Part shown: positions 34,811 through 46,322 of the stretch, one piece after another
How the letters are laid out: each line of letters begins with the position of its first letter
How positions within the stretch are numbered: the first letter of the stretch is position 1
Assembly (NCBI RefSeq): GCF_002854065.1
Contig: NZ_CP024147.1
Origin: Escherichia coli
GTDB taxonomy: Bacteria; Pseudomonadota; Gammaproteobacteria; Enterobacterales; Enterobacteriaceae
Reading direction: 5' to 3' (one strand)
DNA length: 64,000 nt
Translations under genes and position numbers: made by a program
The notes under the pieces: model-generated
Databases searched by the model: none
What the model was told of the DNA's origin: nothing
Seen by the model: only the letters and a program-made list of their open reading frames with translations

Positions 34811-35100
34811 ACATTGATTTCTTAGGAAAAAAAGGGAATGTAATTTTTAATGACTTCTCCCTGAAACAAAGCATCCCTCTTAATGAACAGCGAGATGAAC
34901 TTAAGGAAGATATGCTCCAGGTTGAATATCCTGGTGGGTATCTTTTGGATGTTGGGTGGCGACCATCTTTTAATTTAAATGGGAATTTTTATATTTGTTT
35001 AATAAAGGATTTTGATTGGGATACTCCCATTTATAATGGTTCTGCGAAAGATATTGTCTCATTATTATTTGAAATTAACCAAGCTATAAATAAACTTTAA
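34807..35100 (+). CDS. putative cognate immunity protein of the Rhs toxin tip
   Basis: 97-aa AT-rich ORF whose ATG overlaps the rhs stop (ATGA); the usual toxin-immunity arrangement in Rhs loci; no family recognised. Confidence 0.65.
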   Translation: MNIDFLGKKGNVIFNDFSLKQSIPLNEQRDELKEDMLQVEYPGGYLLDVGWRPSFNLNGNFYICLIKDFDWDTPIYNGSAKDIVSLLFEINQAINKL

Positions 35101-35138
35101 AAAAGCCGGGAAGAAAATAACATCTTCCCGGCTTTTTT
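35099..35138. terminator. bidirectional intrinsic terminator shared by the immunity gene and the convergent SymE-like gene
   Basis: A6-gccgggaag-(loop)-cttcccggc-T6. Confidence 0.8.
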
Positions 35139-35143
35139 ATTAT

Positions 35144-35473
35144 TTAACTCTCGTCCAGCACACTAAACATCCCGTTCCGCATCCCCTTAACCACCTGTTT
35201 AACCTGATAAAGTTCCTCCCGCAGCTCCTGCACCTCGTCACTGTCAGCGATAATGGTCAGGCACCCCTCCGAAATCTTCACCGTGACACCCCGCCCGGTA
35301 TCAAATCCGGCCTCTTTCAGCCAGTCGCCCTTAAGGTTCAGGCAGGGGTGTCGTGAGTAGTACGTGGTCATGTAGGTTTTGCTGTTTATGTGGCGGGCTC
35401 TGACATAGCCGACTTTATAGCGGCGCTGTGTTTTGGAAATGGTGACTTCTGGCGTAATATCGTGTTCAGCCAT
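35144..35473 (-). CDS. SymE-like toxin (AbrB/SpoVT-fold, type I toxin-antitoxin family)
   Basis: 109-aa ORF; segment YYSRHPCLNLKGDWLKEAGFDTGRGVTVKISEGCLTI resembles the SymE signature as I recall it (xLKGxWLxxAGFxTG...EGC). Confidence 0.6.
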   Translation of the reverse strand: MAEHDITPEVTISKTQRRYKVGYVRARHINSKTYMTTYYSRHPCLNLKGDWLKEAGFDTGRGVTVKISEGCLTIIADSDEVQELREELYQVKQVVKGMRNGMFSVLDES

Positions 35474-35601
35474 GATTAACTACCTTGATGAGTTGCTTGC
35501 GGGGAGCGCGCTTTCGTAATCTTGCCCTGCTAGCGGATTAACTTCACAAAAATCATTTCCCAACGTCTACACTTACTCCTGTTAATATCTCAGGAGCAGT
35601 A

Positions 35602-36111
35602 ATGAATCAGCAACGATTTGATGACAGCACCCTAATCCGTATCTTCGCCCTTCATGAGTTACATCGACTGAAAGAACATGGCTTAACGCGCGGGGCGCTT
35701 CTCGATTATCACAGCCGCTATAAACTCGTCTTTCTGGCTCATTCCCAGCCGGAATACCGCAAACTTGGCCCGTTCGTGGCTGATATTCACCAGTGGCAAA
35801 ATCTGGATGACTATTACAACCAGTACCGCCAACGCGTAGTTGTTTTGCTTTCTCACCCCGCCAACCGACGTGACCACACCAACGTTTTGATGCACGTTCA
35901 GGGTTATTTTCGCCCGCATATTGATTCCACAGAACGCCAGCAGCTGGCTGCGCTTATCGACAGTTATCGCCGTGGCGAGCAACCACTTCTTGCGCCGCTG
36001 ATGCGTATCAAACACTATATGGCGCTTTATCCTGACGCCTGGCTTTCAGGGCAGCGTTATTTCGAACTTTGGCCGCGTGTGATTAACTTGCGCCATTCAG
36101 GAGTTTTATGA
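35602..36111 (+). CDS. ybgA: DUF1722-family protein YbgA
   Basis: 169-aa ORF; overlaps the phr start by 4 nt (ybgA-phr operon). Confidence 0.88.
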   Translation: MNQQRFDDSTLIRIFALHELHRLKEHGLTRGALLDYHSRYKLVFLAHSQPEYRKLGPFVADIHQWQNLDDYYNQYRQRVVVLLSHPANRRDHTNVLMHVQGYFRPHIDSTERQQLAALIDSYRRGEQPLLAPLMRIKHYMALYPDAWLSGQRYFELWPRVINLRHSGVL

Positions 36112-37526
36112 CTACCCATCTGGTCTGGTTTCGCCAGGATTTACGTCTGCATGATAATCTCGCGCTGGCTGCCGCCTGCCGCAATTCGTCTGCACGCGTG
36201 CTGGCGTTGTATATCGCTACACCACGCCAGTGGGCGGCGCATAATATGTCGCCGCGTCAGGCTGAACTTATCAATGCTCAACTGAACGGGCTACAAATCG
36301 CGCTGGCGGAAAAAGGCATTCCTTTATTGTTCCGTGAAGTGGATGACTTTGCCGCCAGCGTCGAAATAGTTAAACAGGTGTGCGCGGAAAACCGCGTTAC
36401 TCATCTTTTTTATAACTATCAGTATGAGGTGAATGAGCGGGCGCGGGATGTGGAAGTTGAAAGAGTGCTGCGTAACGTGGTGTGTGAAGGATTTGATGAC
36501 AGTGTGATCCTGCCGCCTGGCGCGGTGATGACTGGCAATCATGAGATGTACAAAGTCTTTACGCCTTTTAAGAATGCCTGGCTGAAACGGCTGCGGGAAG
36601 GGATGCCGGAGTGCGTCGCTGCACCAAAAGTTCGTAGTAGCGGATCGATAAAGCCCGCGCCATCCATTACGCTGAATTATCCTCGTCAGTCTTTCGATAC
36701 TGCGCATTTCCCGGTGGAAGAAAAAGCGGCGATTGCGCAATTACGCCAGTTTTGCCAGAACGGTGCCGGAGAATATGAGCAACAACGAGATTTTCCGGCA
36801 GTGGAAGGCACCAGTCGTTTGTCCGCCAGCCTGGCAACGGGCGGGTTATCGCCTCGCCAGTGTTTGCATCGCCTGTTGGCGGAACAGCCGCAGGCGGTGG
36901 ACGGTGGGGCCGGTAGTGTCTGGCTTAATGAGCTGATCTGGCGCGAGTTTTACCGTCACCTGATAACGTATCACCCCTCGTTGTGTAAACATTGTCCGTT
37001 TATTGCCTGGACGGATCGTGTGCAGTGGCAGAGCAATCCCGCACATTTACAGGCCTGGCAGGAAGGCAAAACGGGATACCCGATTGTCGATGCTGCCATG
37101 CGTCAGCTTAATAGCACTGGCTGGATGCATAACCGGCTGCGGATGATTACAGCCAGTTTTCTGGTGAAAGATTTATTGATCGACTGGCGCGAAGGCGAGC
37201 GGTATTTCATGTCGCAGCTGATTGATGGTGATTTGGCAGCCAATAACGGTGGCTGGCAGTGGGCGGCTTCTACGGGTACTGATGCAGCGCCGTATTTTCG
37301 TATTTTCAACCCGACAACCCAGGGCGAGAAATTTGACCGCGAAGGCGAGTTTATCCGCCAGTGGCTACCGGAACTGCGCGATGTACCGGGGAAATCGGTG
37401 CATGAGCCGTGGAAGTGGGCTGAGAAAGCAGGTGTGAAGCTGGATTATCCGCAACCGATAGTCGAGCACAAAGAGGCGAGAGTACAAACGTTGGCAGCGT
37501 ATGAGGCGGCGCGGAAGGGGAAATAA
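36108..37526 (+). CDS. phrB: deoxyribodipyrimidine photolyase
   Basis: 472-aa ORF with photolyase N-terminal and FAD-binding C-terminal motifs (WREFY, GWMHNRLRM). Confidence 0.94.
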   Translation: MTTHLVWFRQDLRLHDNLALAAACRNSSARVLALYIATPRQWAAHNMSPRQAELINAQLNGLQIALAEKGIPLLFREVDDFAASVEIVKQVCAENRVTHLFYNYQYEVNERARDVEVERVLRNVVCEGFDDSVILPPGAVMTGNHEMYKVFTPFKNAWLKRLREGMPECVAAPKVRSSGSIKPAPSITLNYPRQSFDTAHFPVEEKAAIAQLRQFCQNGAGEYEQQRDFPAVEGTSRLSASLATGGLSPRQCLHRLLAEQPQAVDGGAGSVWLNELIWREFYRHLITYHPSLCKHCPFIAWTDRVQWQSNPAHLQAWQEGKTGYPIVDAAMRQLNSTGWMHNRLRMITASFLVKDLLIDWREGERYFMSQLIDGDLAANNGGWQWAASTGTDAAPYFRIFNPTTQGEKFDREGEFIRQWLPELRDVPGKSVHEPWKWAEKAGVKLDYPQPIVEHKEARVQTLAAYEAARKGK

Positions 37527-37554
37527 CAGACGCGTCAGGCAATCGAGCCCAGAT

Positions 37555-37660
37555 GCCGGATGCGGCGTGAACGCCTTATCCAGCCTACAAATTTGTGCAA
37601 ATTCAATAAATTGCAGGAAATACGTAGGCCTGATAAGACGCGTCAAGCGTCGCATCAGGC
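37555..37660. repeat. REP elements between phr and dtpD
   Basis: GCCGGATGCGGCGTGAACGCCTTATCCAGCCTAC and GTAGGCCTGATAAGACGCGTCAAGCGTCGCATCAGGC. Confidence 0.8.
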
Positions 37661-37675
37661 ATCGGTGCTGGCCTA

Positions 37676-39340
<1,665 letters not shown>

Positions 39341-39427
39341 TTAATATGTCAAAAGATTGGCTATCGACGAACAGGCGAGGTAACGCTATGTTAACGGTGT
39401 AGCTATCAGAATACGGAAGGCGCGAAG

Positions 39428-40171
39428 ATGAAAAACACCGAACTGGAACAACTGATTAACGAAAAACTGAACAGCGCGGCGATTAGTGATTACGCGCCGA
39501 ATGGTTTGCAGGTGGAAGGCAAAGAGACGGTGCAAAAAATTGTTACCGGTGTCACTGCCAGCCAGGCTTTGCTCGATGAGGCAGTGCGTCTGGGCGCGGA
39601 TGCGGTCATTGTGCATCATGGCTACTTCTGGAAAGGCGAATCTCCGGTCATTCGCGGCATGAAGCGTAACCGTTTAAAAACGTTGCTGGCGAATGATATC
39701 AACCTGTATGGCTGGCATTTGCCGCTTGACGCACATCCTGAGCTGGGCAATAACGCACAGCTGGCGGCGTTACTGGGGATCACGGTCATGGGCGAAATTG
39801 AGCCGTTGGTGCCGTGGGGCGAACTGACCATGCCTGTGCCGGGACTGGAGCTGGCTTCCTGGATTGAAGCGCGTCTGGGACGTAAGCCGTTATGGTGTGG
39901 CGATACCGGACCTGAGGTGGTCCAGCGCGTCGCCTGGTGCACGGGCGGCGGGCAAAGTTTTATCGATAGCGCCGCGCGTTTTGGCGTGGATGCTTTTATT
40001 ACTGGCGAAGTTTCTGAACAGACCATTCATTCAGCCCGCGAGCAGGGATTGCATTTTTATGCTGCAGGTCACCATGCCACTGAACGTGGTGGTATTCGCG
40101 CATTGAGCGAGTGGCTGAATGAAAATACCGATCTTGATGTGACCTTTATTGATATTCCTAATCCTGCATAA
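39428..40171 (+). CDS. ybgI: NIF3-family metal-binding protein YbgI
   Basis: 247-aa ORF; precedes pxpBCA. Confidence 0.88.
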   Translation: MKNTELEQLINEKLNSAAISDYAPNGLQVEGKETVQKIVTGVTASQALLDEAVRLGADAVIVHHGYFWKGESPVIRGMKRNRLKTLLANDINLYGWHLPLDAHPELGNNAQLAALLGITVMGEIEPLVPWGELTMPVPGLELASWIEARLGRKPLWCGDTGPEVVQRVAWCTGGGQSFIDSAARFGVDAFITGEVSEQTIHSAREQGLHFYAAGHHATERGGIRALSEWLNENTDLDVTFIDIPNPA

Positions 40172-40193
40172 CGAATAATCAGAGGGATCGAAA

Positions 40194-40850
40194 GTGCAAC
40201 GAGCGCGTTGTTATCTGATAGGTGAAACGGCGGTAGTGCTGGAACTGGAACCGCCGGTGACGCTGGCTAGCCAGAAACGGATCTGGCGACTGGCGCAGCG
40301 TCTGGTGGATATGCCGAATGTGGTTGAAGCCATTCCCGGCATGAACAATATCACGGTGATTTTGCGTAATCCTGAGTCGCTGGCGCTGGATGCCATAGAG
40401 CGTTTGCAACGCTGGTGGGAGGAGAGCGAGGCCCTGGAACCTGAGTCTCGCTTTATTGAAATTCCGGTGGTTTACGGTGGTGCAGGCGGACCGGATTTGG
40501 CGGTGGTCGCGGCGCATTGCGGGTTGAGCGAAAAACAGGTTGTTGAATTGCACTCCTCCGTGGAATACGTGGTCTGGTTTTTAGGTTTTCAACCGGGCTT
40601 CCCGTATCTCGGGAGTTTGCCGGAACAACTACACACGCCACGGCGCGCTGAACCGCGCTTGCTCGTTCCGGCAGGTTCTGTCGGGATCGGCGGGCCGCAG
40701 ACTGGTGTTTATCCGCTGGCAACGCCGGGTGGCTGGCAGTTGATTGGTCATACCTCACTCAGCCTGTTTGATCCGGCGCGTGACGAACCCATCTTATTAC
40801 GTCCGGGAGACAGCGTGCGCTTTGTACCGCAAAAGGAGGGAGTATGCTGA
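40194..40850 (+). CDS. pxpB: 5-oxoprolinase subunit B
   Basis: 218-aa ORF; ybgJ position in ybgIJKL. Confidence 0.85.
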
Positions 40851-41776
40851 AGATTATTCGTGCGGGCATGTATACCACTGTGCAAGATGGCGGTCGTCAC
40901 GGTTTTCGCCAGTCGGGTATCAGCCACTGCGGCGCACTGGATATGCCTGCGTTACGCATTGCTAACCTGCTGGTGGGTAATGACGCCAATGCCCCCGCGC
41001 TGGAGATCACGCTCGGTCAGTTAACGGTTGAGTTCGAAACTGATGGGTGGTTTGCTCTGACGGGTGCCGGTTGCGAAGCGCGGCTGGATGATAATGCCGT
41101 CTGGACCGGCTGGCGATTGCCGATGAAAGCAGGCCAGCGTTTAACGCTTAAACGCCCGCAGCACGGGATGCGCAGTTATCTGGCGGTCGCGGGTGGTATT
41201 GATGTTCCGCCGGTAATGGGGTCATGCAGCACCGATCTCAAAGTGGGGATTGGCGGGCTGGAAGGCCGTTTACTGAGGGATGGTGACCGGCTCCCGATTG
41301 GCAAAGCGAAGCGTGATTTTATGGAAGCGCAGGGCGTTAAACAGCTGCTGTGGGGCAACCGCATTCGCGCCTTGCCGGGGCCGGAATATCATGAGTTCGA
41401 TCGCGCCTCGCAGGATGCATTCTGGCGTTCGCCCTGGCAGCTTAGCTCGCAAAGTAACCGAATGGGTTATCGCTTACAGGGGCAAATTTTAAAACGCACC
41501 ACCGATCGCGAACTGTTATCTCACGGTTTGTTACCGGGTGTGGTGCAGGTGCCGCATAACGGGCAGCCCATTGTGTTGATGAACGACGCACAGACCACCG
41601 GTGGTTACCCGCGTATTGCCTGTATCATTGAGGCTGATATGTACCATCTGGCGCAAATTCCGCTCGGTCAGCCGATTCATTTTGTCCAGTGTTCACTGGA
41701 AGAGGCACTGAAAGCGCGGCAAGATCAGCAACGTTATTTCGAACAATTAGCGTGGCGGCTGCACAATGAAAATTGA
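40844..41776 (+). CDS. pxpC: 5-oxoprolinase subunit C
   Basis: 310-aa ORF; ybgK position; overlaps neighbours. Confidence 0.85.
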
Positions 41777-42500
41777 CCTGAACGCCGATCTGGGCGAAGG
41801 CTGCACCAGCGACGCAGAGCTATTAACGCTGGTTTCCTCTGCCAATATTGCCTGTGGATTTCATGCAGGCGATGCGCAAACCATACAGGCTTGCGTGCGT
41901 GAAGCAATAAAAAATGGTGTCGCGATTGGCGCTCATCCGAGTTTTCCCGACAGGGAAAATTTTGGTCGCAGCGCTATGCAGCTGCCGCCAGAAACCGTTT
42001 ACGCCCAGACGCTGTATCAAATTGGCGCGCTGGCAACGATTACCCGTGCGCAAGGCGGTGTAATGCGTCATGTCAAACCGCACGGCATGTTATACAACCA
42101 GGCGGCGAAAGAGGCACAACTGGCAGACGCCATCGCCAGAGCGGTATACGCTTGCGATCCAGCATTGGTTCTCGTTGGGCTGGCAGGAAGCGAGCTGATT
42201 CGTGCAGGCAAGCAATATGGCCTGACAACGCGCGAGGAAGTGTTTGCCGATCGCGGTTATCAGGCTGACGGCTCGCTGGTGCCGCGAAGCCAGTCAGGCG
42301 CGCTGATTGAAGACGAAGAACAGGCGCTTGCGCAAACGTTGGAGATGGTGCAACACGGCAGAGTCAAAAGTATCACCGGCGAATGGGCAACGGTCACGGC
42401 GCAAACGGTCTGCCTGCATGGCGACGGCGAGCACGCACTGGCGTTCGCCCGCCGACTACGCTCTACCTTTGCCGAAAAGGGGATTGTTGTCGCAGCATAA
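41766..42500 (+). CDS. pxpA: 5-oxoprolinase subunit A (LamB/YcsF family)
   Basis: 244-aa [15 protein letters not shown]... Confidence 0.88.
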   Translation: MKIDLNADLGEGCTSDAELLTLVSSANIACGFHAGDAQTIQACVREAIKNGVAIGAHPSFPDRENFGRSAMQLPPETVYAQTLYQIGALATITRAQGGVMRHVKPHGMLYNQAAKEAQLADAIARAVYACDPALVLVGLAGSELIRAGKQYGLTTREEVFADRGYQADGSLVPRSQSGALIEDEEQALAQTLEMVQHGRVKSITGEWATVTAQTVCLHGDGEHALAFARRLRSTFAEKGIVVAA

Positions 42501-42535
42501 CCCCGATTAATAAAGAATGAAAAAAGGATATCACC

Positions 42536-43327
42536 ATGCCTGAAGGCCCGGAGATCCGCCGTGCAGCGGATAACCTGGAGGCGGCGATCAAAGGCAAACC
42601 ACTAACTGATGTCTGGTTTGCCTTCCCGCAGTTAAAAACTTATCAATCACAACTTATCGGTCAACACGTTACCCATGTGGAAACGCGTGGTAAGGCGTTG
42701 TTAACTCATTTTTCCAACGACTTAACGCTCTACAGCCATAATCAGCTTTATGGCGTCTGGCGCGTGGTTGATACCGGCGAAGAGTCGCAGACCACGCGAG
42801 TATTGCGGGTAAAACTGCAAACGGCTGACAAAACCATTCTGCTTTATAGTGCCTCGGATATTGAGATGTTGACCCCGGAACAACTGACCACGCATCCGTT
42901 TTTACAACGCGTTGGTCCCGATGTGCTGGATCCGAATCTGACGCCGGAGGTGGTAAAGGAACGATTATTGTCGCCGCGCTTTCGTAACCGTCAGTTTGCT
43001 GGATTACTGCTCGATCAGGCGTTTCTGGCAGGACTTGGCAATTATTTGCGGGTGGAGATCCTCTGGCAGGTTGGGTTGACTGGAAATCATAAAGCGAAAG
43101 ACCTCAATGCGGCGCAACTGGATGCACTCGCACACGCGTTACTGGATATTCCTCGGTTTTCTTACGCTACGCGGGGGCAGGTGGATGAGAATAAGCATCA
43201 TGGGGCGCTGTTTCGCTTTAAGGTTTTTCATCGTGATGGCGAACTGTGCGAACGCTGTGGCGGCATCATTGAGAAAACCACGCTGTCATCTCGCCCGTTT
43301 TACTGGTGTCCGGGCTGCCAGCACTAG
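42536..43327 (+). CDS. nei: endonuclease VIII
   Basis: 263-aa ORF starting MPEGPEIRR (Fpg/Nei N-terminal catalytic Pro) with C-terminal zinc finger CxxC...CPGC. Confidence 0.94.
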   Translation: MPEGPEIRRAADNLEAAIKGKPLTDVWFAFPQLKTYQSQLIGQHVTHVETRGKALLTHFSNDLTLYSHNQLYGVWRVVDTGEESQTTRVLRVKLQTADKTILLYSASDIEMLTPEQLTTHPFLQRVGPDVLDPNLTPEVVKERLLSPRFRNRQFAGLLLDQAFLAGLGNYLRVEILWQVGLTGNHKAKDLNAAQLDALAHALLDIPRFSYATRGQVDENKHHGALFRFKVFHRDGELCERCGGIIEKTTLSSRPFYWCPGCQH

Positions 43328-44370
43328 GCCGTACGTTTCGGCGCATAGGTTGAAATAAACCGCGCAATGGCAGGCCCTGTCAGCAAAATACTGAACAGGC
43401 GCAGGGTTTGCATCGCCATAATGAGCGCCATATTGGCATTGCTCCCTGCGGCGATGACCGCCACGGTATCAAGCCCGCCGGGGCTGGTGGCGAGGTAGGC
43501 AGTCATAAAATCAATGTGCATAAACCGGGTCAGTCCCCACGCCATACCCGCACAAATAGCCAGCAGAGCAAAAATCGACAGCAGGATTTGTGGTAGCGGG
43601 CGTAGTGCCCGCAGTAAGATTTGTTTATCGAAACCAAGACCAATCCGCCAGCCAATTGCCATATACGCCATCGCCAGCAGCCATTCCGGTAGTTCGATGG
43701 TGATGAGCTGACCAGACTGGAGCACTGCGCCCGCCAGCATCGGGATGAGCATCGTGCCGGAAGGAAGACGCAGCAAGCATCCCACTGTACCGGCAACGAC
43801 CGCGAGCAAAATAGTAAGCAGGAGATTAATGCTCACTGGCGGGAACCAGACGATATGCTGGTTAACCGCTTCAGCGTTATCGCCCAGCATCATTCGCGTG
43901 ACCAGAACTGCGGCCCCCGCGACAAACAGCACTCGCAGATACTGCATAAACGCCACCAGGCGGATATCTGCGCCGTAATCCTGCGCCATCGCGACCATTG
44001 CCGCCGCCCCGCCAGGCGAGGAGCCCCAGGCACCAGTATTTCCGGGCAGTGAGCTATAGCGCACCAGTAGCCATCCCACGATAGCGCTGGAAAGCAACGT
44101 CACCAGTAAAATAGCTAACACAATCGGCCAGTTAACCGCCAGCGTGGTCAGGATCGAGCCGGTCAAATTTTGCGCAATCATGCAGCCAAGAATGGCCTGC
44201 GCGGCGAGAAAAGCGGAGCGGGGGAGTTGCAGGGTAACCCCGCGCATACTGAAGATGATCCCGGCGATCATCGGCCCAAGTAATAATGCCGCCGGGAGAT
44301 GTACCGCGAGGAAACCAATAGAAAGGAGAAGTGATAGCACACATAACATTCCCCACTGCAAAACTGGCAT
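43324..44370 (-). CDS. abrB: AbrB-family membrane protein (putative regulator/transporter)
   Basis: ~348-aa polytopic membrane ORF; position between nei and ybgO; start uncertain by a few codons. Confidence 0.8.
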   Translation of the reverse strand: MPVLQWGMLCVLSLLLSIGFLAVHLPAALLLGPMIAGIIFSMRGVTLQLPRSAFLAAQAILGCMIAQNLTGSILTTLAVNWPIVLAILLVTLLSSAIVGWLLVRYSSLPGNTGAWGSSPGGAAAMVAMAQDYGADIRLVAFMQYLRVLFVAGAAVLVTRMMLGDNAEAVNQHIVWFPPVSINLLLTILLAVVAGTVGCLLRLPSGTMLIPMLAGAVLQSGQLITIELPEWLLAMAYMAIGWRIGLGFDKQILLRALRPLPQILLSIFALLAICAGMAWGLTRFMHIDFMTAYLATSPGGLDTVAVIAAGSNANMALIMAMQTLRLFSILLTGPAIARFISTYAPKRTA

Positions 44371-44518
44371 CCTTTGCTCCCTCATTATTTACTCTTTGGT
44401 GTATCGATACAGCATAAAGAATGCCGGGCATGGAAAAAATAACGGTAATCAATAAAAGCCGGAAAATTGGCAATTAACCGAAGAAGCCCTCTCCGGCTGG
44501 AAAGGGCAATAGGCTAAA

Positions 44519-45580
44519 TCAGTTGTAGTTAATTTTGAAAAGTACCACTGTATCAAAGGGACCAACGTCGATGGGCGTACCCGGCGTGGATGACAATTCT
44601 GCCGTGTAGGTTTTTTCATACACTAACAGGTCGCTGGTAAAATCGGCATACTCACTGTATTTGTTGAAAGTATAGGGTGAGGCATTTTCATCCAACAATC
44701 GAAGCTTCAGGCCATTGCCAATGAGCAGTGATTTATCTTCGTCGATAAGGGTTTCATCGGTATAAAACGAAGAGCTGACTTTAAAACCGTCGGTACACTG
44801 GTCGTTTTGTGATTTGGTTGTAGTTATTTTAAATTGCTGCGACATCGTATGGCGACGAATATCCAGCACGTTAAATCGGCCAAAATCAACGACCTGGGTT
44901 TCAGGTGAGATAGCAAAGTTGACGCTGCAATCCAGCACGCGGATATTTTCCAGACCGGTAATGTGATATTTCAGATTCTTCGCGGTAGGGTCTTCGTTCA
45001 CGCTGCCTGCGCCATCAAACTGTACGACGATGTAATCGCTGAGTTTGCTCTGATAACCATGGGGCGGCATGGCGCGAACTTTAACGTAAAGCCGCATACG
45101 CGCCACAAACGTCCGCGATTTGTGCATAACGGTTGGATCGCCGGAGCAAAGTTTATTTTGCCAGCCCATCGCAATGATCTGCTCCGGGGTGTAAATATCA
45201 ATATTCTTACTGTCGATGCACTGATTCGTGTCGATGCGGCTTTTCCCAAGGCTTGCGTCATAGTCCACGCCTTCATAGGTTACGCCCAATTGATAATAGG
45301 GATCCTGAATACCGGGGTAAGGGTTTACCCAGGCGTAGACGTGCTCGCTTTCAAAATTACCGTTTGTGTTGTTGTCACAGTAGACCGGAATTTTTATATC
45401 GTCAGATTCCCAGATTTTATCGCCGGGTTTGGAATTGGCCGGAACGGCGAAGGGCATAATAGCTTCTGATTTTTCTACAGCGCCGTTTGCGGTACCAAAA
45501 TAGCAGTTCAGCGCCAGCGCCGCTTTTAGCGGCAAAAAAATCAGACAGATGGCGAGCAACACGCCTTTGGCGAATCTCAT
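44519..45580 (-). CDS. ybgO: fimbrial adhesin-like protein YbgO
   Basis: 353-aa ORF with signal peptide; last gene of the chaperone-usher operon ybgDQPO. Confidence 0.8.
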   Translation of the reverse strand: MRFAKGVLLAICLIFLPLKAALALNCYFGTANGAVEKSEAIMPFAVPANSKPGDKIWESDDIKIPVYCDNNTNGNFESEHVYAWVNPYPGIQDPYYQLGVTYEGVDYDASLGKSRIDTNQCIDSKNIDIYTPEQIIAMGWQNKLCSGDPTVMHKSRTFVARMRLYVKVRAMPPHGYQSKLSDYIVVQFDGAGSVNEDPTAKNLKYHITGLENIRVLDCSVNFAISPETQVVDFGRFNVLDIRRHTMSQQFKITTTKSQNDQCTDGFKVSSSFYTDETLIDEDKSLLIGNGLKLRLLDENASPYTFNKYSEYADFTSDLLVYEKTYTAELSSTPGTPIDVGPFDTVVLFKINYN

Positions 45581-46308
45581 TTTTTATTCTCCACCGGCTG
45601 CAGGCGGCATTGCCGCTGGCAGGAGAGCGTGTTCATACGCAATGCGCCGTAGTCGTCCATGTAGCCAAGATAAAACTGCTTGCCGCTATAGCTGCCCGTG
45701 CTGGTGGTGACCGAACTGAACGGTGCGACCATCGTGCTTTTAAAGCCAGGCAGCACGCCTTTCTCATCCCGCCCAAGATAGGCAATAGTCAGATAGTATC
45801 CGGTCGGGTTTTTCAGGGTAAGCTGGTTATTCTGCTGGCTAACCTGTAGCTGTTGCTCAACATGATCGCCCATTTTTTTGCGTAATGCGGCGGGTCGCCA
45901 GAATAGCTTAATGCGACTTTGGACGGCGACTTGCAGGATCGCATGGCCCTCGCTGCCTTCCGGGACAGGCGGAATTTCACGCAGGTTATAGTAAAAGAGA
46001 GATTCGCGATCGGTGGGTAATTTCGCGGTGGCGGCTTGTTTCATGATCCGAACCTGCGAAGCCGCTTTTGGCTCCAGTCGCTGGATAGGCGGCAGGGCGA
46101 CGAGAAATTCATCGCTTTTCTCTCCCTTTTCATTTTCTATCCATGAATAGGCGAGGTAGGGGAGTTTATCGCTGCGGTTTTCCACGCGCAGGCTGGTTGC
46201 TTTATCTTTGCTATTAAAGATGATGCGCGTGCGGTCAGGCTGCACTGCGCCGTGGCTGCACATACTGGCAACCAGAAGAATCAAAGGGAATCCTTTAACA
46301 AATGTCAT
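45577..46308 (-). CDS. ybgP: periplasmic pilus chaperone YbgP
   Basis: 243-aa PapD-like chaperone ORF. Confidence 0.85.
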   Translation of the reverse strand: MTFVKGFPLILLVASMCSHGAVQPDRTRIIFNSKDKATSLRVENRSDKLPYLAYSWIENEKGEKSDEFLVALPPIQRLEPKAASQVRIMKQAATAKLPTDRESLFYYNLREIPPVPEGSEGHAILQVAVQSRIKLFWRPAALRKKMGDHVEQQLQVSQQNNQLTLKNPTGYYLTIAYLGRDEKGVLPGFKSTMVAPFSSVTTSTGSYSGKQFYLGYMDDYGALRMNTLSCQRQCRLQPVENKK

Positions 46309-46322
46309 CGTCTTTTCCTTAA

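Noticed and set aside
35571-35598. Possible LexA (SOS) box between the SymE-like gene and ybgA
   Set aside because: The palindrome is CTG-N9-CAG rather than CTGT-N8-ACAG and it overlaps the ybgA RBS; better explained as an SD-containing hairpin. No canonical LexA box was found upstream of the SymE-like gene.
29000-35600. Type VI secretion structural genes (vgrG, hcp, tss) expected near a PAAR-Rhs effector
   Set aside because: None present; all ORFs in and around the island are accounted for by the chaperone, rhs, immunity and SymE-like genes, so no T6SS cluster is claimed for this window.
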